Below are positions 38,922-45,725 of a DNA stretch of 56,767 nucleotides, one piece after another; within the stretch, counting starts at the first letter, position 1; the number at the start of each line of letters is the position of its first letter. The stretch is from a virus (taxonomy: Duplodnaviria > Caudoviricetes), in the IMG/VR virus record IMGVR_UViG_3300036717_000095, positions 1-56,767 of that record, one strand, 5' to 3'. A program made the position numbers and the translations under genes. The notes under the pieces are model-generated. The model saw only the letters and a program-made list of their open reading frames with translations, was not told the origin of the DNA and made no database searches.

Positions 38922-39229
38922 TATTGGGGCATCGGCTGCGCGGGCATGGGCTGGGGGGTTTCCGCAGGACCGATATTCGGGGCGTGCTGCTGGATGTGAT
39001 CGAGCAATTCCTGCTCGTCTCCCGCAGCGTGCTCCTCAGGCTCGGGAACTTGGCCGTCAGCGCCGGGATGTTGATCGTGGGTAATACTGAAGGCAGGATT
39101 ATCGTCCCCGGTCATCCTGCGGATGTGCATCGCTTTGATCTTCGATGCTTTCTTCTTACCCTTCTTGGGTTTGGATTTCTTGGGCTTGGGCGATCCGCCC
39201 ATCGCTCCTTTGACACGATCGTTTGCCAT
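38921..39229 (-). CDS. small protein with basic N-half and acidic/His C-half (102 aa)
   Basis: Start moved to ATG 39229 (MANDRVKG, SD AAGGA). Confidence 0.65.
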   Translation of the reverse strand: MANDRVKGAMGGSPKPKKSKPKKGKKKASKIKAMHIRRMTGDDNPAFSITHDQHPGADGQVPEPEEHAAGDEQELLDHIQQHAPNIGPAETPQPMPAQPMPQ

Positions 39230-39237
39230 ATTGTCCT

Positions 39238-39975
39238 TTAATTCGAGAGATATGCTAGAATGATGCTTGTCCAGTTGTTCCAGTTTCCTGTTGTAGTGAG
39301 ACTCGGTAGGTTGACGGTGGTGGTGGCTAAGTAACCCGTCCATACTCGGATACTGTTCGATGTTACTAGTGGGCCTTGAGCGCTTGTATAGCCGCTTGCT
39401 GCTGTGGACCCTGAGGCACCGCTGCTGCAATAGCCGTAGACTAACTCATAGCTTTGCGTTGTATCACTTTGGGCTGTGTTTGAGCAATGATTATTTGCCA
39501 ACACAGTATCGAAATTGCCAGCATCCGCCGCGCCGAATACTGGATACCACCCGGTAGAAGAAGTGAAGGTATCGACAAACAGCATCACACCTCCGGCAGC
39601 TTCCGCATCGGTACAAGTAATGACGTTAGAACCGCCAGACGTAATGACGGTAGAAAATTGGTCATAACTGTTTCTACCATCTGTCCCGCCGAAAGTGCTG
39701 TCGGTCCATGTATTTCCGGCGCTATCGCTTACAACCAAGTTGCCTACTCCTGCATTGTCACCAAAACCCGTACAGGTTGCGATTGATAGTTGACCAATCA
39801 CAGAAGTTATTGTAAGTGTGATCGAAGTGTCGAGGCCATTGTTGTTTCCGCTTTGTGCGGCGTTGTAAACGTAAGTGGGAGGCCCTGCACTATGGTGCGT
39901 GTCATTCGTAATCGACTGGAGCATCTGGGCGTTGAGACAACCAGCCAGCAAGAAAACCGCCAACAATGCTTTCAT
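39238..39975 (-). CDS. secreted-type beta-rich protein (245 aa)
   Basis: MKALLAVFLLAGCLNA|QMLQSI; VSDSAGNTWT motif; start at ATG 39975 coupled to the upstream stop. Confidence 0.75.
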   Translation of the reverse strand: MKALLAVFLLAGCLNAQMLQSITNDTHHSAGPPTYVYNAAQSGNNNGLDTSITLTITSVIGQLSIATCTGFGDNAGVGNLVVSDSAGNTWTDSTFGGTDGRNSYDQFSTVITSGGSNVITCTDAEAAGGVMLFVDTFTSSTGWYPVFGAADAGNFDTVLANNHCSNTAQSDTTQSYELVYGYCSSGASGSTAASGYTSAQGPLVTSNSIRVWTGYLATTTVNLPSLTTTGNWNNWTSIILAYLSN

Positions 39976-40802
39976 TAGTTGGCGATCCAAGTGCCTACGT
40001 AAGACACGGACAGATAGTGAGTCGCGTCACGCCCAAGTAGACATATCTTGTCGCCCACCGCCCCTCCCGAAACGAAGGTTCCCGTGCCCGCCGTGCCATA
40101 GCCGGTTCGAGCGGTGTTCTCGTACAATGCGGAAGATCCGAGAGCGGCCATGGTTATGACCGTGCTTACGTTGTCATCGTTCATGACGCAGAATTCATAG
40201 CCTGCGGCTGGAACGGGAGGAGTTACTGTACAGGTCGTAGTGCAAACAAAGTACCCACGGGGTGCCGTAAGGGTTACTGACGTACCGGTCGTAAGTTTGG
40301 TCGCAAGACTGGACAGAGTACAAGTGCCTGTCGAGGTGATGGTGCAGGTGCCTGAGGTACCGATCTGATTTGCGGTTCCGGCGATGCCAACGGATGACAC
40401 CGTGCCCGATCCGCCGCCTGGGTTGAAGGTGCTGCCGTTCCAAGTTACGGTAACCGAACCCCCGCCTGTTAGAGTCGTCATGTTGATGGCGAGGTAGTTG
40501 AAGACCCCTGAGGTGTAAGATGTCTGACCGGCAGACGTAAAGGTCTGAGTGCTGATCGCACCACCTGCGGTCCAGGTCACTCCATCAGAAGAAGAATCCA
40601 ATTGGACCGCACCGCTCACCGTTCCTGAGGTCGTCCAGGTCAGTTTGCTATAACCGATCCCGGTTCCAGCGATAGAGATAATGCCGCTCGGAGAGGGGTC
40701 CCGGCCCGTGGTGGTAAAGGTATAGGAATGGAAACCAGTCTGCGCCTGCAGTGTTCCGAAGAAGATGCCAAGGAAAACTAACAGGGCCTTTAGCGTTTTC
40801 AT
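39975..40802 (-). CDS. secreted-type fibre-like protein (275 aa)
   Basis: MKTLKALLVFLGIFFGTLQA|QT; GGGSGTVSSV..GT..QI...G..ITSTGT..LS fibre shaft motif; C-terminal YFVCT.TCTVT.P...AG.EFCV...GTWIAN knob. Confidence 0.75.
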   Translation of the reverse strand: MKTLKALLVFLGIFFGTLQAQTGFHSYTFTTTGRDPSPSGIISIAGTGIGYSKLTWTTSGTVSGAVQLDSSSDGVTWTAGGAISTQTFTSAGQTSYTSGVFNYLAINMTTLTGGGSVTVTWNGSTFNPGGGSGTVSSVGIAGTANQIGTSGTCTITSTGTCTLSSLATKLTTGTSVTLTAPRGYFVCTTTCTVTPPVPAAGYEFCVMNDDNVSTVITMAALGSSALYENTARTGYGTAGTGTFVSGGAVGDKICLLGRDATHYLSVSYVGTWIAN

Positions 40803-40804
40803 GG

Positions 40805-41164
40805 TTAGTCCCTGTACCAAATAAGAAGCGTCCCTGAGGTAAGCGTGCTCACCTCAAAGTCTCGCCATTGACCCATACGACCGGTGAAATCGTATTCCTG
40901 ATCGACCAGTTCCGCGCCTGCGGTTCCCTGTAGAAGGATCACTGCGGTGTTGTTGGGGTCCACGATCGAGAAGGTGTGGCCTTGCGCGGTCATGCCGGTC
41001 CAAGAAACTTTGGTGACGTTGATGCCCCATTGACGAGTCACTGCGCCCGAAACCTGTTGGGCATTCGACGGCAGATTCCCGGTGTTCAAGGTCTGTAACG
41101 ATCGCCAGCCAGCACCCATGACGGTGTTGATGATGATTGGATTCTGATTGTAGGAATTTGCCAT
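40805..41164 (-). CDS. small beta-rich virion protein (119 aa)
   Basis: MANSY.QNPIII.T; C-terminal VSTLTSGTLLIW pattern. Confidence 0.65.
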   Translation of the reverse strand: MANSYNQNPIIINTVMGAGWRSLQTLNTGNLPSNAQQVSGAVTRQWGINVTKVSWTGMTAQGHTFSIVDPNNTAVILLQGTAGAELVDQEYDFTGRMGQWRDFEVSTLTSGTLLIWYRD

Positions 41165-41171
41165 AGGTCCT

Positions 41172-41323
41172 TTGCCCGATCCGGCATCGGTGCCGTCTGG
41201 GACTTTCGTCTTAGGTAAGCAGCTTTAAGCTGGAGGCATGGTTGCCACGTCCGCCGCGACCGGGCAACGCGGTTCTTCCCGAGGCCGGAATTGAAAAGGC
41301 AGTTTAATGTCGTACCCAGGACT
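41172..41323 (-). ncRNA. candidate structured cis-regulatory RNA (pseudoknot plus multibranch domain)
   Basis: 10-bp closing stem TTGCCCGGTC/GATCGGGCAA enclosing four hairpins; upstream compact H-type pseudoknot. Confidence 0.45.
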
Positions 41324-41336
41324 TGCTAGTCGCTTG

Positions 41337-41942
41337 TTAGTAACGATCGATGGTGAAATCGATCGGGCCAAACACGTCCGAGGTACCGGTTCCGGCAGTG
41401 ATCGTGAAGAAGAAGTTCAGATCGCTCTCGTTCAAGGAGGCCACGTTGAAGGAGAAAGTTGTCACCGCGATGACAGCAGGAGTCGCCTTCGCGCTAGCAT
41501 ATCCGTAGTAGTAACCAGTCAAAGCTTTCGACTGGCTATCCCACAGACAGACGGCATCGAGGAAGCAGTTACCCTTGATGGCACCGCCGGTCGCCATGGT
41601 GCCGGTGGTGGCGATCGCCGTGCCGTTCGCGGTGGCCGTGATCCCTGCAGCAAACTTCGCAGCCGTTGCCTGGTAGATCTTCAGCGTGATGTTCTCGGAC
41701 TGGGCCGAGTTAATTTCCATGTTCACGCGGACGCGGAAGGGGCGGGCGTAGTCCAGCACACCACCGGTAACATCACCGGCGAGAGCAGGAATGCACAGCC
41801 AGTTCGCGGCGACCTGGGTGGGGGAAGGGAGGCTGGGGTAGGTTCCAGCAGCGGGGATGACGTAACCAGTCTCGGTCGAACCGTAGGTCCAGGTTACAGC
41901 AGGCAGGTTTTGAAAACCTGCAAACGTATTAGCGTTAGCCAT
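41337..41942 (-). CDS. beta-rich virion structural protein, paralogue of 15025-15696
   Basis: MANANTFAGF vs MNFNTIASF; shared RPF..R, GTAIATTG and C.WDS.S..L.G motifs. Confidence 0.65.
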   Translation of the reverse strand: MANANTFAGFQNLPAVTWTYGSTETGYVIPAAGTYPSLPSPTQVAANWLCIPALAGDVTGGVLDYARPFRVRVNMEINSAQSENITLKIYQATAAKFAAGITATANGTAIATTGTMATGGAIKGNCFLDAVCLWDSQSKALTGYYYGYASAKATPAVIAVTTFSFNVASLNESDLNFFFTITAGTGTSDVFGPIDFTIDRY

Positions 41943-42080
41943 GATGATTGTTCCTTTTGTTTTTTGATTGATGGAATGGAAGCAGGGGAGCGGTCGAAAA
42001 CTTCGACTTTCATACCCAAACTTTTAAGGGACTCTTATCCTTTGACGAAGGAGGATTCAAACTTTAGGAAGGAAACCTGG

Positions 42081-42581
42081 TTACTTGAAGTAGGTGGTGG
42101 TGCCAATTTGAGCGGTGCGTGGGTGGTCGGGAGACTGGACGATGTGCTTGTAGAACCAACTGTCCGTGGAGACTCCTCGGCCAATGTCAGCATAGTAGAG
42201 GGCTCCCCCGGTAAGATTGTCCGGTCGGGTGTCGTCATAGACGGAATCTACGAGCTGAAGGACGGAAAGAATGCTAGGATCGCGTGGGTCTGGATATAAA
42301 ACTGTTTGGGAGTCCCCACTGACCGACATGCTACTGAACTGATTGTGGGCCTCGATGATCTTGGACCAGCTTCCTTGACTCCATCCCGCCTTGGCACGAT
42401 TACGAACGACAAACAGGACGCCTAACATTCCATTGATACCGTTCGATCGTTCTTCCCTCCAGGCCAATAAAGCTGCGAGTCCTTTTTCGTAATCCGCGAC
42501 AATCATGGTGTTTGGGGTTCTTTCAGGGTAATAAGGGACGAGGGACAGGCAGAGGAGTAGAGCAAGGAGGCTTCGAATCAT
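42081..42581 (-). CDS. cell wall hydrolase, SleB/Hydrolase_2 family (candidate endolysin) with N-terminal hydrophobic signal
   Basis: AWREERSNG..GM..V..VVRNR, NQFSSM, D.LTGGALYY, TAQIG.T.YFK. Confidence 0.85.
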   Translation of the reverse strand: MIRSLLALLLCLSLVPYYPERTPNTMIVADYEKGLAALLAWREERSNGINGMLGVLFVVRNRAKAGWSQGSWSKIIEAHNQFSSMSVSGDSQTVLYPDPRDPSILSVLQLVDSVYDDTRPDNLTGGALYYADIGRGVSTDSWFYKHIVQSPDHPRTAQIGTTTYFK

Positions 42582-42692
42582 TATTCCACTCCCTTATCGG
42601 CGGTTGGAAAAGCGGAGGGTTTTTTTTTACTCTCCTCTGCTCCGGTGGAACCGTGATTCGTGCTGGATACTTCACCAAGCTCAACGACGGAT

Positions 42693-42872
42693 TCAATCTT
42701 TCGTCAATTGTTTCCCGCACCATTTGCAGGTATAGACTTCATGACCATCCATGGTGCCGGGACAAAAGTTATGACCTTTGAAATCTTCGTTGAGGTTTCT
42801 GTATCGTCCGGTGTGGTCGTGGGCGTAACAGAAGGAGTAATCCACGGTCGGGTTTGCCAAATTTGGCGACAT
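42693..42872 (-). CDS. small hypothetical protein with CKWC motif
   Basis: MSPNLAN...FCYAH...HNFC...YTCKWCGK. Confidence 0.4.
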   Translation of the reverse strand: MSPNLANPTVDYSFCYAHDHTGRYRNLNEDFKGHNFCPGTMDGHEVYTCKWCGKQLTKD

Positions 42873-42908
42873 ATAAGTCGCAACCAAGCTACGATTGCAG
42901 TCCGGTAG

Positions 42909-43046
42909 TTACCGAAGACCCAATTCGCTCTGGGATACTGGTCGGGAGGTAGTATCGTCATCTTCCCTGTCCGGCAAATATAAGATCGACAGCAGGTACA
43001 GAATCAATCCCAGCGATATAAACCACCATGGGGATTCGAATACCAT
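42909..43046 (-). CDS. small 45-aa membrane protein (not in ORF track)
   Basis: MVFESPWWFISLGLILYLLSILYLPDREDDD...; TAATG coupling to the upstream gene. Confidence 0.55.
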   Translation of the reverse strand: MVFESPWWFISLGLILYLLSILYLPDREDDDTTSRPVSQSELGLR

Positions 43047-43282
43047 TACGCCCACCGGGCTGGTATTAACCGGTCCAGTTCTTCGATGCAGTAGGCGATC
43101 TTCCTTTTCGCGTCCTCGGGGTTGGTGGTCGTTGCAGCCTCCAGGACTTCTTTCAGATCGAGCAGCTCCCAGCGAATGGTGCTGTAGTTGGCGTTGAACC
43201 GGATTCGTTGGGACCAGATGTACCCACCGAGAATCACGATGTACGCTGCGACTGCGTAAGCGGCAACCTTGAGGAAAATCAT
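43046..43282 (-). CDS. small membrane protein (78 aa)
   Basis: N-terminal VAAYAVAAYIVILGGYIW helix; ATGA coupling. Confidence 0.6.
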   Translation of the reverse strand: MIFLKVAAYAVAAYIVILGGYIWSQRIRFNANYSTIRWELLDLKEVLEAATTTNPEDAKRKIAYCIEELDRLIPARWA

Positions 43283-43536
43283 ATCAGCTCCGTTCCGCCT
43301 GAGTTTTTCTTCCTTTGCTCTCTACCCTCTTCCCACTTGGTTTGGATGTCAAGAAAATAGCGGTTGTCAGCCGCGATGTGGTAGAGATCGAAACACAGTG
43401 TGCATACCGCTTGATAGAACCGGTTGAGATACTTGGGCTCGGGGACACCTGCCATGGCGTAGACCCGGCCATCGAGGATCTCGGTGTTGTACATCAACTC
43501 GCTGCAGTGTTCGCAACGCCATGGATTTTGAGACAT
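43279..43536 (-). CDS. Zn-finger-like hypothetical protein
   Basis: CEHC ... CTLC. Confidence 0.6.
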   Translation of the reverse strand: MSQNPWRCEHCSELMYNTEILDGRVYAMAGVPEPKYLNRFYQAVCTLCFDLYHIAADNRYFLDIQTKWEEGREQRKKNSGGTELI

Positions 43537-43584
43537 CCTTGCGTATCCTTCCCCTTGTCACTACTGCGTATTGCTACCGTGTGC

Positions 43585-43720
43585 GTTTGGAGGACGCTAG
43601 TTCAGACGGCATTGCCAGCATAATTTGTTGCCACCCACCTCGCGGTCACGGTGGCCCGTGGTCGATTTCGTTCACCCGATCGATCGGGCTATGAAAGCGA
43701 CAAAGAAATAGCACTCAAAC
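43585..43720 (-). ncRNA. candidate structured RNA immediately 3' of the tRNA
   Basis: Ends pair (GTTTGAGTGCTA / TAGCGTCCTCCAAAC); nested TTGTCGC/GTGGCAA, CCCGA/TCGGG and CCACC/GGTGG stems; no convincing ORF. Confidence 0.35.
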
Positions 43721-43798
43721 TGGTAGCGGGGGTTGGATTCGAACCAACGTAAGTCGGTTTATGAGACCGGTGCTGGGACCACTCCAGTCTACCCCGCA
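43721..43798 (-). tRNA. tRNA-Met(CAT), initiator-like acceptor end
   Basis: TGCGGGG...CCCCGCT-A-CCA, anticodon loop CT-CAT-AA, T arm GTTGG-TTCGAAT-CCAAC, encoded CCA. Confidence 0.9.
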
Positions 43799-43804
43799 TA
43801 CTTG

Positions 43805-44029
43805 TTAGACCCCAAAAAGGGTCTTGATACCTGAGAGCGAAACACTCTCTGCGGCTTCGAGATCCGACACGAGTTGTGCAAAACGCGCCTTGGCACCGGC
43901 GCTGAGAGTTGAAAAGGTGGACTGGGCTTGCGCCAGAACACCTGCATAATCGGTCTTGGCGGCGGCAACATCAGCCGTAACATCGGCGGTGACGGCAGCA
44001 AGGGCGGAAGCGGGGGTAACACTGCTCAT
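43805..44029 (-). CDS. Ala-rich helical protein (74 aa)
   Basis: SD AGGAG; amphipathic Ala-rich sequence. Confidence 0.7.
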   Translation of the reverse strand: MSSVTPASALAAVTADVTADVAAAKTDYAGVLAQAQSTFSTLSAGAKARFAQLVSDLEAAESVSLSGIKTLFGV

Positions 44030-44041
44030 GATCTTCTCCTG

Positions 44042-44095
44042 TTATTGTGAATTATTGTGAACGTAATCGTTCGTAACGAGCATTATTGTGAACGT
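44042..44095. promoter_or_regulatory. direct-repeat regulatory site (ATTATTGTGAACGT x2 plus one partial copy)
   Basis: Copies at 44051-44064 and 44082-44095 (31-bp period) and TTATTGTGAA at 44042-44051; intergenic. Confidence 0.55.
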
Positions 44096-44350
44096 TTACC
44101 ACTGACCCGGCCCATCCCAATCCAAGACCTCGGAGATGTCGTGATAGGCGTCCCTGATCTCTTCTTTCATTTCAGGGCTCAGGACGATCGCGGATGCTCC
44201 CTCTTCGCAGGCCCCAGAACCGATGATGTCTCCCAAAAGAAGCCAAACCGAATGAAGAGCTTCGAGCGCCGCGTCTTCGGAATTTCCGGTGTTCGGGAAT
44301 TCAAACCCGTCACTCGGGAATTCAAACCCGTCAAGAGAATAGCGTGCCAT
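44096..44350 (-). CDS. acidic hypothetical protein (84 aa) with DGFEFP duplication
   Basis: Start MARYSL (SD AAGGA); 20-bp direct repeat with a 21-bp period at 44293-44333. Confidence 0.55.
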   Translation of the reverse strand: MARYSLDGFEFPSDGFEFPNTGNSEDAALEALHSVWLLLGDIIGSGACEEGASAIVLSPEMKEEIRDAYHDISEVLDWDGPGQW

Positions 44351-44354
44351 AGTC

Positions 44355-44573
44355 TTATCCTTTTGTGCTCCGACGATGGTGAACAGAGGTTCTCCGATCG
44401 GCGATCTTCCTAACCGGCTTCCCTGCCCCGTCAAAGCCTTGAACGTGGCCGTAAGGACAAGACCAGAAACAACCATCCGACACCAGAGGAGAAGAACAGT
44501 CGTGATTCCCTCCGGCATCCCCTAAGGCTTGTACCCCGCATATCAGGCTATTCGGTATGGAGAGATCAGTCAT
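44355..44573 (-). CDS. hypothetical protein (72 aa, Cys/His-containing)
   Basis: SD GGGAGG; fills the gap between neighbouring genes. Confidence 0.5.
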   Translation of the reverse strand: MTDLSIPNSLICGVQALGDAGGNHDCSSPLVSDGCFWSCPYGHVQGFDGAGKPVRKIADRRTSVHHRRSTKG

Positions 44574-44837
44574 TTACGACCTCCCCCTCTTGGTACTCTT
44601 CTTTGGCGGTCTGTTCCAGTTGATACTCGCTTCTTTGGTGGTCTGTTCCAGGATGGCGGGGTCGATGTCATACCAGCCAGTCAGACGGTGTAAAAGATAC
44701 CCAACCGTAGTTCCTTCCATAACTTCGGTTGAATGGACTTCCCAGCCTTCTTTCGCCAGGTCGTTTATGCTATGGATCAGGTTACTCGGTACGGGGATAT
44801 ATTCGTACACCGGGTAGGACGTGCGTTTGGTCAGCAT
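44574..44837 (-). CDS. hypothetical protein (DUF4177-like), probably leaderless
   Basis: YEY......INDLAKEGWEV pattern; ATG 6 nt downstream of a -10 box. Confidence 0.6.
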   Translation of the reverse strand: MLTKRTSYPVYEYIPVPSNLIHSINDLAKEGWEVHSTEVMEGTTVGYLLHRLTGWYDIDPAILEQTTKEASINWNRPPKKSTKRGRS

Positions 44838-44843
44838 GAGAAA

Positions 44844-44872
44844 AGTATACAAGACAGACCGTATAGTGTCAA
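44844..44872 (-). promoter_or_regulatory. sigma70-type promoter for the leftward operon
   Basis: TTGACA-17 nt-TATACT on the minus strand. Confidence 0.8.
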
Positions 44873-45093
44873 GTACCTTTTTTCCACAGACTCTTGAGGG
44901 GGTATCACCCGGCAACTTTCACCGGGCTCGCGGCCTGGTCAGGGGTTGGGCGGCACCCTCGCGACCCAAAAAAGCAAAGGGGACCCATCCGGAAGAAAAC
45001 AAAGGGAAGAGGGACAAGAAAATACTTACCCTAATACCTATACCACTGAGAATAAAGTAGTTAACGCCGGATGGATACCGTTCTGATACCGTT

Positions 45094-45159
45094 TTACTTG
45101 CCCTTTTGCTTGCCGTTCGCCTTTTGCTTTTGTTTCGCTTTTGCTTTTTGTTCGCTCAT
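45094..45159 (-). CDS. 21-aa Lys/Gln-rich micropeptide MSEQKAKAKQKQKANGKQKGK
   Basis: Strong SD AGGGAGG 8 nt upstream of the ATG; explains the CTTTTG-like repeats on the + strand. Confidence 0.5.
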   Translation of the reverse strand: MSEQKAKAKQKQKANGKQKGK

Positions 45160-45262
45160 ATGGTTTTCCTCCCTTTCAAATTTTACTTTCGCCAAGTAAC
45201 CTGTGGAAAACTTTGTGCTTTCGTCTGTCAAGTATAATCACTGCAATGCCTTACGATTTTAC

Positions 45263-45291
45263 TTGACAATGTTCTAGTATTTCGGCATACT
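45263..45291 (+). promoter_or_regulatory. sigma70-type promoter for the rightward early operon
   Basis: TTGACA-17 nt-CATACT. Confidence 0.7.
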
Positions 45292-45328
45292 GTCCTCGCT
45301 GTTAAATCCTAGAGCTGAGGCAACGCTA

Positions 45329-45553
45329 ATGACACTCACCAAACCCAAGCGCCGTATCCACGCGGTAGCTGCGAATCTCCATTCCCTATCCCATTCTAAC
45401 AGACGGTGGTTAATCATAGCCATGCTATTGTTCGGCATTGGGCTATGGTTACATGGTGAGCATGGTACGGTAGCTGCGACTATGCTGGCGTTACGGGACC
45501 GCATACTAGACGCACTGGGGGACGTATTCATGGATAGGGGGATAAACTCATGA
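45329..45553 (+). CDS. small membrane protein (74 aa)
   Basis: SD GAGG; WLIIAMLLFGIGLWL helix. Confidence 0.6.
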   Translation: MTLTKPKRRIHAVAANLHSLSHSNRRWLIIAMLLFGIGLWLHGEHGTVAATMLALRDRILDALGDVFMDRGINS

Positions 45554-45654
45554 ACTGGTCACGCGAAAGCATTATTGACTGCATTCTGTTCGGATGCGCC
45601 ACTGTCGTACTAGCCTTAGCAGAACTGTTCGCTTGGGCCGGATGGATTCTCTAG
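45550..45654 (+). CDS. 34-aa membrane peptide (not in ORF track)
   Basis: MNWSRESIIDCILFGCATVVLALAELFAWAGWIL*; ATGA coupling, SD GGGGG. Confidence 0.55.
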   Translation: MNWSRESIIDCILFGCATVVLALAELFAWAGWIL

Positions 45655-45725
45655 TTAGGACATTAGCAAGCCCTTAAAGTCTTGGCTTGCTATTAGCTCA
45701 ACTAGAGCCTTGGGGGGAATACAAG

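Noticed and set aside
26268-40802. Diversity-generating retroelement or invertible tail-fibre locus
   Set aside because: No reverse transcriptase, invertase or template/variable repeat pair was noticed
41307-42299. 330-aa + strand ORF
   Set aside because: Antisense to two well-supported minus-strand genes
43721-43798. tRNA as a prophage attachment site or host boundary
   Set aside because: Phage-like genes continue on both sides, there is no duplicated tRNA 3' end and no integrase is seen
44293-44333. 20-bp direct repeat as a regulatory site
   Set aside because: In-frame 7-codon duplication (DGFEFPS/DGFEFPN) inside a CDS
45094-45156. CTTTTG-like repeats as replication iterons
   Set aside because: Better explained as Lys/Gln/Ala codons of a minus-strand micropeptide with a strong SD
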